A DNA stretch of 64,000 nucleotides, taken from assembly GCF_009914755.1 (NCBI RefSeq), contig NC_060929.1; one strand, given 5' to 3'. Under the pieces are notes generated by a model that ran no database searches, was not told the origin of the DNA, and worked only from the letters and a program-made list of their open reading frames with translations. Positions within the stretch are counted from its first letter, which is position 1; each line of letters begins with the position of its first letter. The position numbers and the translations under genes are program-made. This document shows positions 37,878 through 57,577 of this stretch, in pieces. This DNA is from the human T2T-CHM13v2.0 reference genome, Homo sapiens.

Positions 37878-38128
37878 CAAGCATTACTTTTTTTTTCAAG
37901 TTTTAAATAAAAAAATTATTTTTATTATGCTTTAAGTTTTAGGGTACATGTGCACAACGTGCAGTTTTGTTATATATGTACACATGTGCCATGTTGGTGT
38001 GCTGCACACATTAACTCATCATTTAGCATTAGGTATATCTCCTAATGCTATCCCTCCCCACTCCCCCTACCCCACAACAGGCCCCGGTGTGTGATGTTGC
38101 CCTTTCTGTGTCCATGTGTTCTCATTGT

Positions 38129-41948
<3,820 letters not shown>

Positions 41949-42011
41949 TATGATGTTAGCTGTTTATTTTCCTTGTTAGTTGATGCAGTTTCTTCCTAGC
42001 TTCGATGGTCT

Positions 42012-43031
42012 TTACAATTTGGCATGTTTTTGCAGTGGCTGGTACCAGTTGTTCCTTTCCATGTTTAGTGCTTCCTTCAGGAGCTCTTTTAGGGCAGGCC
42101 TGGTGGTGACAAAATCTCTCAGCATTTGCTTGTCTGTAAAGGATTTTATTTCTCCTTCACTTACGAAGCTTAGTTTGGCTGGATATGAAATTCTGGGTTG
42201 AAAGTTCTTTTTTTTTAAGAATATTGAATATTGGCCCCCACTCTCTTCTGGCTTGTAGACTTTCTGCCAAGAGATCAGCTGTTAGTCTGATGGGCTTCCC
42301 CTTGTGGGTAACCCAACCTTTCTCTCTGGCTGCGCTTAACATTTTTTCCTTCATTACAGCTTTAGTGAATCTGACAATTATGTGTCTTGGAGTTGCTCTT
42401 CTCGAGAAGTATCTTTGTGGCGTTCTCTGTATTTCCTGAGTTTGAATGTTGGCCTGCCTTGCTAGATTGGGGAAGTTCTCCTGGATAATATCCTGCAGAG
42501 TGTCTTCCAACTTGGTTCCATTCTCCCCGTCACTTTCAGGTACACCAATCAGACGTAGATTTGGTCTTTTCACATAGTCCCACATTTCTTGGAGGCTTTG
42601 TTCATTTCTTTTTATTTTTTTTTTCTCTAAACTTCTCTTCTCACTTCATTTCATTCATTTCATCTTCCATCACTGATACCCTTTCTTCCAGTTGATTGCA
42701 TCAGCTACTGAGGCTTCTGCATTCGTCACATAGTTCTCGTGCCACAGTTTTCAGCTCCATCAGGTCCTTTAAGGACTTCTCTGCATTGGTTATTCTAGTT
42801 AGCCGTTCATCTAATTTTTTTTTTAAGGTTTTTAACTTCTTTGCCATGGGTTTGAACTTCCTCCTTTAGCTCGGAGTAGTTTGATCGTCTGAAGCCTTCT
42901 TCTCTCAACTCATCAAAGTCATTCTCCATCCAGCTTTGTTCTGTTGCTGGTGAGGAGCTGCGTTCCTTTGGAGGAGGAGAGGCACTCTGATTTTTAGAGT
43001 TTCCAGTTTTTCTGCTCTGTTTTTTCCCCAT
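42012..43031 (-). pseudogene. L1 ORF1 (RNA-binding), frameshifted
   Basis: MGKKQSRKTGNSKNQSASPPPKERSSS at 43031; WDYVKRPNLRLIGVPE in 42157..42585; frameshifts at T-runs near 42207 and 42815. Confidence 0.95.
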
Positions 43032-44036
43032 CTTTGTGGTTTTATCTACCTTTGGTCTTTGATGATGGTGACTTACAGGTGGGTTTTTGGTGTGGATGTC
43101 CTTTCTGTTTGTTAGTTTTCCTTTCAACAGTCAGGACCCTCAGATGCAGGTCTGTTGGAGTTTGCTGGAGGTTCACTCCAGACCCTGTTTGCCTGGATAT
43201 CAGCAGCGGAGGCTGTAGAACAGCGGATATTGGTGAACAACAAATGTTGCTGCCTGATGGTTCCTCTGGAAGTTTTGTCTCAGAGGAGTACTCGGCCGTG
43301 TGAGGTGTCAGACTGCCCCTACTCGGTACCTCCCAGTTAGGCTACTCGGGGGTCAGGGACCCACTTGAAGAGGGAGTCTGTCCGTTCTCAGATCTCCAGC
43401 TGTGTGCTGGGAGAACTACTCTCTTCAAAGCTGTCAGACAGGGACATTTAAGTCTGCAGAGTTTTCTGCTGCGTTTTATTTGGCTACGCCCTGCCCCTAG
43501 AATTGGAGTCTACAGAGGCAGGCAGGCCTCCTTGAGCTGCGGTGGGCTTCACCCAGTTCGAGCTTCTGGGCTGCTTTATTTACCTACTCAAGCCTAGGCA
43601 ATGGCAGGCACCCCTCCCCCAGCCTCACTGCTGCCTTGCCGTTTGATCTCAGACTGCTGTGCTAGCAATAAGTGAGGGTCTGTGGGCGTAGGACCCTCCG
43701 AGCCAGGTGTGGGATATAATCTGCTGGTGTGCCATTTGCTAAGACTATTGGAAAAGTGCAGTATTAGGGTGGGAGTGACCTGATTTTCCAGGTGCCGTCT
43801 GTCACCGCTTTCTTTGACTAGGAAAGGGAATTCCCTGACCCCTTGCACTTCCCAGGTGAGGCGATGCCTCGCCCTGCTTCAGCTCATGCTTGGTGCAGTG
43901 CACCCACTGTCCTGCACCCACTGTCTGACACTCCCCAGTGACATGAACCTGGTACCTCAGTTGGAAATGCAGAAATCACCCGTCTTCTGCATCGCTCATG
44001 CTGGGAGCTGTTCCTATTCGGCCATCTTGGCTTCAC
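43032..44036 (-). promoter_or_regulatory. L1 5' UTR internal sense promoter and antisense promoter; YY1 site at 44019-44029
   Basis: cggccatcttg (YY1 motif) is intact; antisense splice donors cag/gtgtgg (43706/7) and cag/gtgagg (43855/6). Confidence 0.75.
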
Positions 44037-46364
44037 CAAGCATTACTTTTTAAAGCATAAACTAAATATTTGTATTTATCCAAATATATTTATGTAAGTC
44101 TAGAATGCACTTACTCATGGGTACTCCCAATAATGAGAGTAGTAGGAAGGCGGCCAAGTTAGAGGCAGAGATACAGGGAAAGGACACTTTCTCTTTACTG
44201 GTGCTCAGTTTTTTGTAAGGGGAGTATGTAATTTAAGTTATATTTTGGAATAATTAAACTTCTAGCTTTTCCTTTTGATCTGGAGATGCACACAGACATA
44301 TGTAATGAGGACTGTGTAATAAACTAAATTCTAAGAAAATACGATTTTAAAGTAGTTGACATTGGAAATGTTGTTTTAATGATATAGACATGTTTTATAC
44401 ATTTTGAAAGTTTTTATTCCTGTATCCATTAATATAAATATGGAAAATATTAAGCAGTTTGTGAAGACTATGATTATTATTTATGGAAAATCTAACTTGT
44501 GTTAGTTATGTTTACATAAAATAGTATGGCACAGGTTATGGTCTAGTAACTATTACTGTACTGTGATAAATAATATGAAAACTAGAAGAATAATTTAGAA
44601 AAGTTGGAAGTTAAAAAAATAAGTATCAACAATGTCCATGTTTACTTGTAGGGCTTAAAAAATTGAGTTTCCTTATATTAAAAAAAAAGTCAGTGTTTAA
44701 ATTTTACCTAATTCTACCACCTTATGGAACATTATTTCTTATGACATTGTTAAAAAGCAGAAACAAACAAGACGAAATTTAAAAAAAAACCCCAAGACAA
44801 AATGGCATCAACTAATTCCTGCATTTTATTTTTGCAGAAACGGATCTAAATAAATTAATTTTTTATGATGGACTAACAGGTAAAGTGCAGATATGCAAGC
44901 AAAAATAAACAAAAACAAAACAATTCCATGTATTTGGGAAACATTGTTAAAATGTTTCCATTTGACATTTATCAATTATTTAAGCATTCATTAATTCACC
45001 TATGCATTCCTCCATCCGGTCACCCACACATTCACTGAGGATCCTCAGATGATGAAAACCTCATGAAACTCATTTAGGGAGGAGTAAAGAGAATAGCAGA
45101 ACATGTACTCTACCTTCATAAAGCCCACATTCAAATTTGGGATATAATTATAATGATAATAGCTATAATAGGGTATAAATTGAGTAATAGGGTAGTTTTG
45201 TAATTTCTTAATTATTGTTTCAAAGATAAAATGAAGAAAGAGTGATTATCATGATTAGAATTGTTCAGGAAAGACTCAACTGTTTGCAGAAGACTTAGCG
45301 ATACAACTTACAATTCAACCAACAGTTAAGGTTTTCGACAGGAAAAAAAAAATTCTGTTCTCCAGTACTGGAGACACAAATGTGAGAAAAGCTCTCCCTC
45401 ATTTCTCAAAATAATTTGAATCTTTGAGTGAAAGAATGCTATAATTTGAAGGTCTCTTTAAGTTTGAACTAGTTGATTCTTTAGGTACACTGAAAGGATA
45501 TAGCCATTTGAATGGATCAAAATGTTCTAAGCAACACAGAAAAGCTAGAGAAATCAACTGGTGTGGGAATGGGGGCTGGCATGGTAGATGGATATGAGGT
45601 GTGCCAGGTCCATTTAGAAATGAGACTGCAGTGCTAAACTAATTCTTTAAAATTTGATCCCTAATACCATAGTGGCCCACTATTGTTCTTGAGCAAAACA
45701 GAATTATGAAAGGGATAGTTTGGAAGCATAGAGATAAATAATTTTTCTACAAAGGTTAAATTAGACAAATCAATTAGGAAAGTAGGTTCATATTATTTTT
45801 ATAATATTACCAAAAAGGAATGATTAAAGGCTAGAACAATGTGATTTTAAACTTGGATAGAAATGTCAAAACTGATTTACAATTTAGGGAAGGAATTGGG
45901 ATAATCTCTAATTAATGCACAGATGCATTGGGTATATGACAAAGAACTTCCTGGCAACAATCACATATCCTATATAAGGCCTATTCTCCCCAAAAATGCT
46001 GACCACAGAATGCTATTTTACTTCTAGGTACTTTTGTCAATTATCTGGGCAAGGCAAGAGGCTGCAAATAAAACTGGATGACAGCAGAGAAGACAAGGGA
46101 GTTTCAGGCAATTCTATGGGTGGTGGAGAGATGACACATTAAGTTTACATCTGCCAAACTTTCCAGGCCAAAATCCTGGAAAGAATTGTGGAACAGAAAA
46201 ATGTGCCCTTTAATCTTAGCTTTTTCCTTAGGGAACAGGCTGAATTCTTAAACTACACTGGGTAAGAGACTTAGACATTAAGCAGAAAGCCTCTGAAAAG
46301 GTTGTCGGCATTTTTTACCCAGTGCTAAGGAGGGAAAAGTTGGAGTTAGGATCAGCCAAGGAAA

Positions 46365-46814
46365 AGAGGTCCTAGTAAATACCCCCATGCTCTTAGTTGG
46401 GAATCCTGAAGAGCAATATCCTAGGAGAAGGTAGACAGAAGTTTATGATAGTAAAATCCAGCCCAAATCAGCTTAATCCCTGATTGGATGAAGGTAATTT
46501 TTCTTCTTCTATTAATTACCAAAGCATAGGGGAATCTCTCTGAAGGAAATAAGATTATTCAGAGCCCCTAAATATTTTTAGACACAGGATATATAAGTCA
46601 ATCAAAAATTACCTGAAGTACACAAAAAGTAGACCAAGAAGAAAAAAATGTAGACAGGAGAATTCAAATAAATTAATCAAGTTAACTTTACAAACGCTGT
46701 GATAGGATGAGAAAGCCCCTATCAGACCAATATTTTAACCATTTCTCAAACAACTACTAACTGTGCACAAAATAACTCCACAACTACCTGAAAAAGACTC
46801 AAATACTAAAAGAC
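46365..46814 (+). repeat. Direct duplication copy 1 (~450 bp, within old HAL1/L1M-like sequence)
   Basis: Collinear with 47819-48263; about 9 differences in the first ~106 bp by eye. Confidence 0.95.
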
Positions 46815-47818
<1,004 letters not shown>

Positions 47819-48263
47819 AGAGGTCTTAGTAAATACCCCATGCTCTTAGTTGGGAACTCTGAAGAGCAATAGTCTAAGAGCAGGTAGACAGAAGTTTATG
47901 ATAGTAAAATCCAGCCCAAGTCAGCTTAATCCCTGATTGGATGAAGGTGATCTTCCTCCTTCTATTAATTACCAAAGCATAGGGGAATCTTTCTCTGAAG
48001 GAAATAAGATTATTCAGAGCCCCCAAGTATTTTTAGACACATGGTCTGTAAGGTCAATCAAAAATTACCTGAAGTAAACAAAAAGTAGACAAGAAGGAAA
48101 AAAATAGGAGAAGTCAAATAGATTAGTCAAGTTAACTTTACAAACACTGTGATAGGATGAGAAAGCTCCTATCAGACCAGTATTTTAACCATTCCTAAAA
48201 CAACTACTGTGAACAAAATAACTTCACAACTACCTGAAAAATACTCAAGAAAGACTAAAAGAT
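47819..48263 (+). repeat. Direct duplication copy 2
   Basis: agaggtcttagtaaatacccc...ctacctgaaaaatactcaagaaagactaaaaga matches copy 1. Confidence 0.95.
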
Positions 48264-48769
48264 GTGGAAAGAAAGAAACAGCAAGAGTGCATTTTCCATT
48301 TTCATAGTTTCTAGCCTGAGGGCAGGCCCCAGTCAGGTGGCATGACTAAAACTTTACTAGAAAATCCACAGAAGAAACAGAGAATAGAGTTCAGGGCCAT
48401 CAAAAACATTGGGAAACAACGAAGTTAAAAAGGGAAGATAAAAATCTTGCCCAAATCTCTGGCTGATACCTGAACAAAGGTACACAGAGAAGATTCTAAA
48501 CAGCCTCATTAAGCTTGAAAGAACTGAATTGGAATTTGAGTTGCTGCTCATGAGAAAGAATGGCTGCTTACATCCAACCAAGTTAATTTCTTGCTAAAAC
48601 AAAATATCAGTCTTTGGAAGAATCTAACAGAAATAAATCTCTTTAAAACATAACCTAGATAAAACCCAAGACAGAATACAGAATTACCCAAGATACAGAG
48701 AAATGTAAGAATGTAATCTATTTTTAAGAGAAAAGGGAATCGATGAAGACAGAACTTGAGATGATTCAA

Positions 48770-49543
48770 TCAAAATGTATAAATCAATTTTATTTCTTTA
48801 TATCAGCAACCAATATAGAATTTTAAAAAGTTATTACTTTAAAATCGTATTTAACAAATTAACAAAATATATGCAAAACCTCTATGTTGAGACAACAGAA
48901 CATTACTGAAAGGATAAAAGACTTAAATATAAAAGAGATATATCCTGTTTATGTATTACAAGACTCAGTATTGCAAAGATATCAGTTTTCTCTATACATC
49001 TCAGTCTAATCTATACATCTCTCCAAATTGATGTATAGATTAATTGAAATCAAATCAAAATAACGGTAGTTGTTTGTTGCAATTCACAAGCTGATTCTAT
49101 AATTGATGTCAAATCTAAATAATAAAATAGATTTGGCAACTGAAGAAGGAAAAGGAGGAGGAGGAAGAGGAAAAAAACAATCACAAAGAAGCTCCAGACC
49201 CTAATGCTAAGAACTATTACAAAGATGTAATAATTTAAAAATTCTTGCTATTCTCGCAAGAAAAGAGAGATAGTCCCATTGATTCTGTGGGCAAGTCCAG
49301 AAACAAATCCAACACTTATACAGTCCCTTAATTTATGATAAAGTGTGCAGTGCAGTGGGGAAACAGTGATGTTTCTGTAAATGGTACTGGATCAATTGGA
49401 TGTCCATATTAAAAGAAAAACATGGTTTCACATTATACATAAAAATTAACACCAAATGTTATGTAGATCTAAATGTGAAATGTGTAACACTAAACCTTCT
49501 GGACAAAAACAAATTATCTCTTGACACTGGGGCTAGGGAGAAA
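48770..49543 (+). mobile_element. Old L1MC/ME ORF2 remnants (resume at 51940-52195)
   Basis: caagactcagtattgcaaagatatcagttttc; aaaattaacaccaaatg..tagatctaaatgtgaaa. Confidence 0.65.
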
Positions 49544-51936
<2,393 letters not shown>

Positions 51937-52199
51937 AATTATTAAACAGTACAGAAGAATACAAATTCTAAAGGAAAATAGAAACTTGTTGTATCATACT
52001 ACATTAAGATTAAAGCATTCTGTTGATCAAATTACACATTTGGGAGAGTGAAATGACAAACCCCTTGGTAGAAAAAGATATTTATAGTACATATTGCAAC
52101 ACAGGACTCATATTTAAGACATTCAAATATTCAATTCTACAAATCAATGAAAAATTAAAATAAGACAATCCAATAGAGAAATGGGCAAGAACAGGTACT

Positions 52200-52484
52200 C
52201 CTCTTACCAGACCAACTTGTCCACAGCCTTCCAATATTTCCTTCCAGTCCTCAGATCATCCAGCCAAACTTTTCTCCATTGCTCAGGAATCTGTAGATAT
52301 TCTTATCCAAAGCTTCTCCTCTTTACCCATAAACTAAATAACAAGTAACACTTAAGATCTGCCCACTGGAAAATGCCCCATCATGCATACACCAACACAC
52401 ATTGGCTTTGAGTGCTACCAGTGGGCAGCAGTGCATCTGCAATCCACATTGGACCAGTATCAACATACAGAGTTAACCCATTTT
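52200..52484 (-). mobile_element. ERVL-class pol RNase H remnant
   Basis: Minus strand reads FQWADL and ISTDS*AMEKSLAG*SEDWK, resembling ERVL SQWAEL and YTDSWAVANGLAGWSGTWK; continues after the L1 at 60150. Confidence 0.6.
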
Positions 52485-53529
52485 AAAAAAAAAGTACTTA
52501 AATTCCGGGATACATGTGCAGAACATGCAGGTGTATTACATAGGTATACGCATGCCATGGTGGTTTGCTGCACCTATTGACCCATCCTCCAAGTTCCCTC
52601 CCTTTGCCCTTCACCCCCCAACAGACCCTGGTGTGTGTTATTCCCTTCCCTGTGTCCATGAGTTCTCATTGTCCAACCGCCACTTATGAGTGAGAACATG
52701 CAGTATTTGATTTTCTGTTCTGTGTTAGTTTGCTGAGGATGATGGCTTTCAGCTTCATCTATGTCCCTGCAAAGGACATGATCTCATTCTTTTTTATGGC
52801 CACATAGTAAGTGTATATGTACCACACTTTTTTTATCTAGTCTATCATTGATGGGCATTTGGGTTGGTTCTGTGTGTTTGCCATTATAAATAGTGCTGCA
52901 ATAAATATATATATGCATGTGTCTTTATAGTAGAAGGATTTATATCCCTTTGGGTATATACCCAGTAATGGGATTGCTGGGTCAAATGGTATTTTTGGTT
53001 CTAGATCCTTGAGGAATTCGAACTTAAATTAGTCCAACAATGGTTCAACAGTGTTCAACAATTAGTTCAACCGTTGTTGAACTAATTTACATTTTCACCA
53101 ACAGTGTAAAACCATTCCTATTCCTCCACAGCCTCAGCAGTATCTATTGTTTCTTGACTTTTTGATAATCAACATTCTGGCTGGTGTGAGATAGTATCTC
53201 ATCGTGGTTTTGATTTCCATTTCTCTAATGAAAAGTGATGTTGACCTTTTTTTCATATGTTGGCAGCATGTATGTCTTTTTTTGATAAATGTCTGTTCAT
53301 ATCTTTAGCTCTTTTTGATTGGGTTGTTTGTTTTCTTCTTGTAAATTTGTTTAAGTTCCTTGTAAATTCTGAATATTAGATCTTTGTCAGAGAGGTAAAT
53401 TGCAAAACTTTTCTCCCACTCTGTAGGTTGTCTGTTCATTCTCATGATAGTTTCTTTTGCTGTGCAGCAGCTCTTTAGTTTAATTAGATCTTATTTGTCA
53501 ATTCTGGCTTTTGTTGCAATTGCTTTTAG

Positions 53530-53863
<334 letters not shown>

Positions 53864-56800
53864 TGCTTTTAGTGTTTTTGTCATGGAGCCTTTGTCCATG
53901 TCTGTGTCCTGAATGGTATTGCCTAGGTTTTCTTCTAGGATTTTTATAGTTTGGGGTTTTACGTTTAAGTCTTTAATCCATGTTGAGTTAATTTTTGTGT
54001 AAGGTGTAAGGAAGGGGTCCAGTTTCAGTTTTCTGCATATGGCTAGCCAGTTTTCCCAGCACCATTTATTGAATAGGAAATCCTTTCCCCATTGCTTGTT
54101 TTTGTGAGGGTTGTCAAAGATCAGATGGTTGTAGTTGTGTGGTGTTATTTCTGAGGTCTCTGTTCTGTTCCATTGGTCTATATCTCTGTTTTGGTACCAG
54201 GACCATGCTGTTTTGGTTACTGTAGCCTTGTAGTATAGTTTGAAGTCAGGTAGCATGATGCCTCCAGCTTTGTTCTTTTTGCTTAGGATTGTCTTGGCTA
54301 TACGGGGTCATCTTTGATTCTATATGAAATTTAAAGTAGTTTTTTTCTCATTTTGTGAAGAATGTCAATGGTAGTTTGGGAATAGCATTGAATCTATAAA
54401 TTAGTTTGAGCAGTATGGCCATTTTCACGATATTGATTCTTCCTATCCATGAGCATGGAATGTTTTTCCATTTGTTTGTGTCATCTCTTATTTCCTTGAG
54501 TGGCAGTTTGTAGTTCTCCTTGAAGAGGTCCTTCACATCCCTTGTTAGCTGTATTCCTAGGTATTTTATTTTCTTTGTAGCAATTGTGAATGGGAGTTCA
54601 TTCATGATTTGGCTCTCTGCTTGTCTACTGTTGGTGTGTACAAATGCCTGTGAGTTTTATACATCAGTTTGTATCCTGAGACTTTGCTGAAGTTGCTTAT
54701 CAGCTTAACGAGTTTTGGGGCTGAGATGATGGGGTTTCCTAAATAAAGAATCATGTCATCTGCAAAAAGAGACAATTTGACTTCTGCTCCCTGTTTGGAT
54801 AGCTTTTGTTTATTTCTCTTCCCTGATTTCTCTGACCAAAACTTCCAATACTATGTTGAGCAGGAGTAGTAAGAGAGGTCATACTTATCTTATGCTGGTT
54901 TTCAAAGGAAATTCTCCCAGCTTTTGCCCATTCAATATGATATTGACTTTGAGTTTGTCATAAATAGCTCGTATTATTTTGAGATATATTCCATCAATAC
55001 CCAGTTTATTGAGGGTTTTTATCATGAAGGGATGTTGAATTTTATCAAAGGCCTTTTCTGTGTCTATTGAAATAACCATGTGGTTTTTGCGTTTGATTCT
55101 GTTTATGTGACATACCATGTTAATTTATTTGTATATGTAGAACCAGCCTTGCATCCCAGGGATGAAGCTGACTTGATCATGGTGGATAAGATTTTTGATG
55201 TGCTGCTGGATTCAGTTTGGCAGTATTTTATTGAGAATTTTCACATAGATGTTTATCAGGATATTGGCCTAAGTTTTTTTTTGTTGTTGTTGTTGTGTTT
55301 CTGCCAGGTTTTGGTATCAGGATGACGCTGGCTTCATAAAATGAGTAGGGAGGAGTCCCTCCTTTTCAATTGTTTGGAATAGTTTCAAAGGAATGGTATC
55401 AGCTACTCTATGTACCTCTGGTAGAATTTGACTGTGAATCTATCTGGTCCTGGGCTTTTTTGTTGGTAAGCTGTTAATTACTGCCTCAATTTCAGAACTT
55501 GTTATTGGTCTATTCCGGGATTCCAATTCTTCCTAGTTTAGTTTTGGGAGGGTATAGTTTCTTTGCGTAGAGGTATTTATAGTACTCTCTGATGGTAGTT
55601 AGTATTTCTGTGGGGTCAGTGGTGATATCCCCGTTATCTTTTTTGTGTTCCTATTTGATTCTTCTCTCTTTTCTTCTTTATTACTCTAGATAGCAGTCTA
55701 TTTTGTTAATTTTTTCAAAACACCAGCTTCTGGATTCATTAATTATTTTTTGGAGGGTTTTTCATGTCTCTGTCTACTTCAGTTCTTCTCTAATCTTAGT
55801 TATTTCTTGACTTCTGCTATCTTTTGGATTAGTTTGCTCTTGCTTCTCTAGCTCTTTTTAAATTGTGGTATTAGGGTGTTCATTTGAAATCTTTCTACCT
55901 TTCTAATGTGGGCATTTAGTGCTAGAAATTTTCCTCTTAACACTGCTTTATTTGCATCCCAGAGATTCTGGTACATTGTCTCTTTGTTCTTATTGATTTC
56001 AAAGAACTTCTTGATTTCTGCCTTAATTTCATTATTTACCCAGGAGTCACTCAGGAGCAGGTTGTGCAATTTTCATGTAATTGTGTGGTTTTGAGTGGGT
56101 TTCTTAATCCTGAGTTCTAATTTGATTGCACTGTGGTATGAGAGATTGTTTGTTATGATTTCCATTCTTTTGCATTTGCTGAGGAGTTTTTTACTTCCAA
56201 TTATGTGGTTGATTTTAGAATAAGTGCCATGTGGCACTGAGAAGAATGTATATTCTGTTGATATGGGGTGGAGAGTTCTGTACATGTCTATTAAGTCCAC
56301 TTGATCCAGAGCTGAATTGAAGTCCTGAATATCCTTGTTAATTTTCTGTCTTGTTGACCTAATATTGACAGTGGGTGTTAAAGTCTCCCACTATTATTGT
56401 GTGGGAGTCTTAGTCTCCTTGCAGGTCTCAAAGAATTTGTTTTATGAATCTGGGTGCTCCTGTACTGGGTGCATATATATTTAGGATAGTTAGCTCTTCT
56501 TGTTATATTGATCCCTTTACCTTTATGTAATGCCCTGCTTTGTCTTTTTTGATCTTGTTGGTTTAAAATCTGTTTTGTCAAAGGCTAGGATTGCAACCTC
56601 TGTTTTTGTTGTTGTTGTTGTTTTGTTTCTGCTTTCCATTTGCTTGGTAAATATTCCTCTATCCCTTTATTTTGAGCCTACGTGTGTCTTTGCACATGAG
56701 ATGGGTCTCCTGAATACACACCAATGGGCCTTCACTGTTTATCCAATTTGCAAGTCTGTGTCTTTTAATTAGGGCATTTAGCCCATTTACATTTAAGGTT

Positions 56801-56977
56801 AGTATTGTTATCTATGAATTTGAGCCTGTCATCATGATGCTATCTGGTTATTTTGCACACTAGTTGATGCAGTTTCTTCATAGTGTTATTGGTCTTTATA
56901 TTTTGGCATGTTTTTGCAGTGGCTGGTACCACTTTTTCCTTTTCACATTTAGTGCTTTATTAAGGAGCTCTTGCAAG

Positions 56978-57577
56978 TGATAGAAGTAAATGCTCAGTGC
57001 TGCCAAGTGAAAATAACACTTAGTCAAAAGTTTTCTCAGCAAGGCAATTTACTTCTATAGAAGGGTGCATCTCGTGGATGGAGCAATGGTAAGAGCACAG
57101 GGAACAAGGTAGGGGAAGGGGGTCTTATTCCTAACACAGCTAGTCCCTACTGCTGTGTCTTTTCCCTATTGGCTAGGGTTGGATGGCACAGTCTAAGCTA
57201 ATCCCGATTGGCTATTTTGAAGAGAGTGAGGGTAGGAGCCAGAGTGGTGGGGTGAGTAGTTTTGACAGGAGGGACAGTTACACAGCAGGTGACTAAGGAT
57301 GACTAAGAACAGAGCAGGGAACCAAGGGTGACTAAGGTCAGAGCAGGTGATAGAGGCTAGGAGGGTGTTATTTACTGAAACTAGGGGCAAAGAGAGGTAA
57401 AGAATGAGGAAGTCAAACTTTAAAATGGAGAACAAAGAACAGGGAAGCTGAACATACGAACACATTGGTTCTTTGTAGAGGGACTCAGAACTCATTGTAC
57501 TTAACAATTTTCTCCCTTTTGAATTTTAAAGGAAGTTAACAGGCTAAACTTTGAAGAGAAATTTACTATATCCTATA
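56978..57577 (-). mobile_element. LTR10 (LTR10A-like, HERV-I group) solo LTR in L1 ORF1, 4-bp TSD
   Basis: TSD caag at 56974-56977 and 57578-57581, which restores L1 tcttgcaag(a/g)caggcc; ATTGG boxes and TGACTAA repeats. Confidence 0.82.

Noticed and set aside
44051-44060. taaagcataa after the right TSD is the reverse complement of ttatgcttta at the L1 3' end (TIR-like)
   Set aside because: A 10-bp AT-rich coincidence; the same ttatgcttta occurs in the L1 at 49568, and L1s have no TIRs.
53041-53087. Short regularly spaced gttcaac repeats resembling a CRISPR-like array
   Set aside because: Units are 7-12 bp with no unique spacers, in primate L1 DNA; local templated repair explains them.
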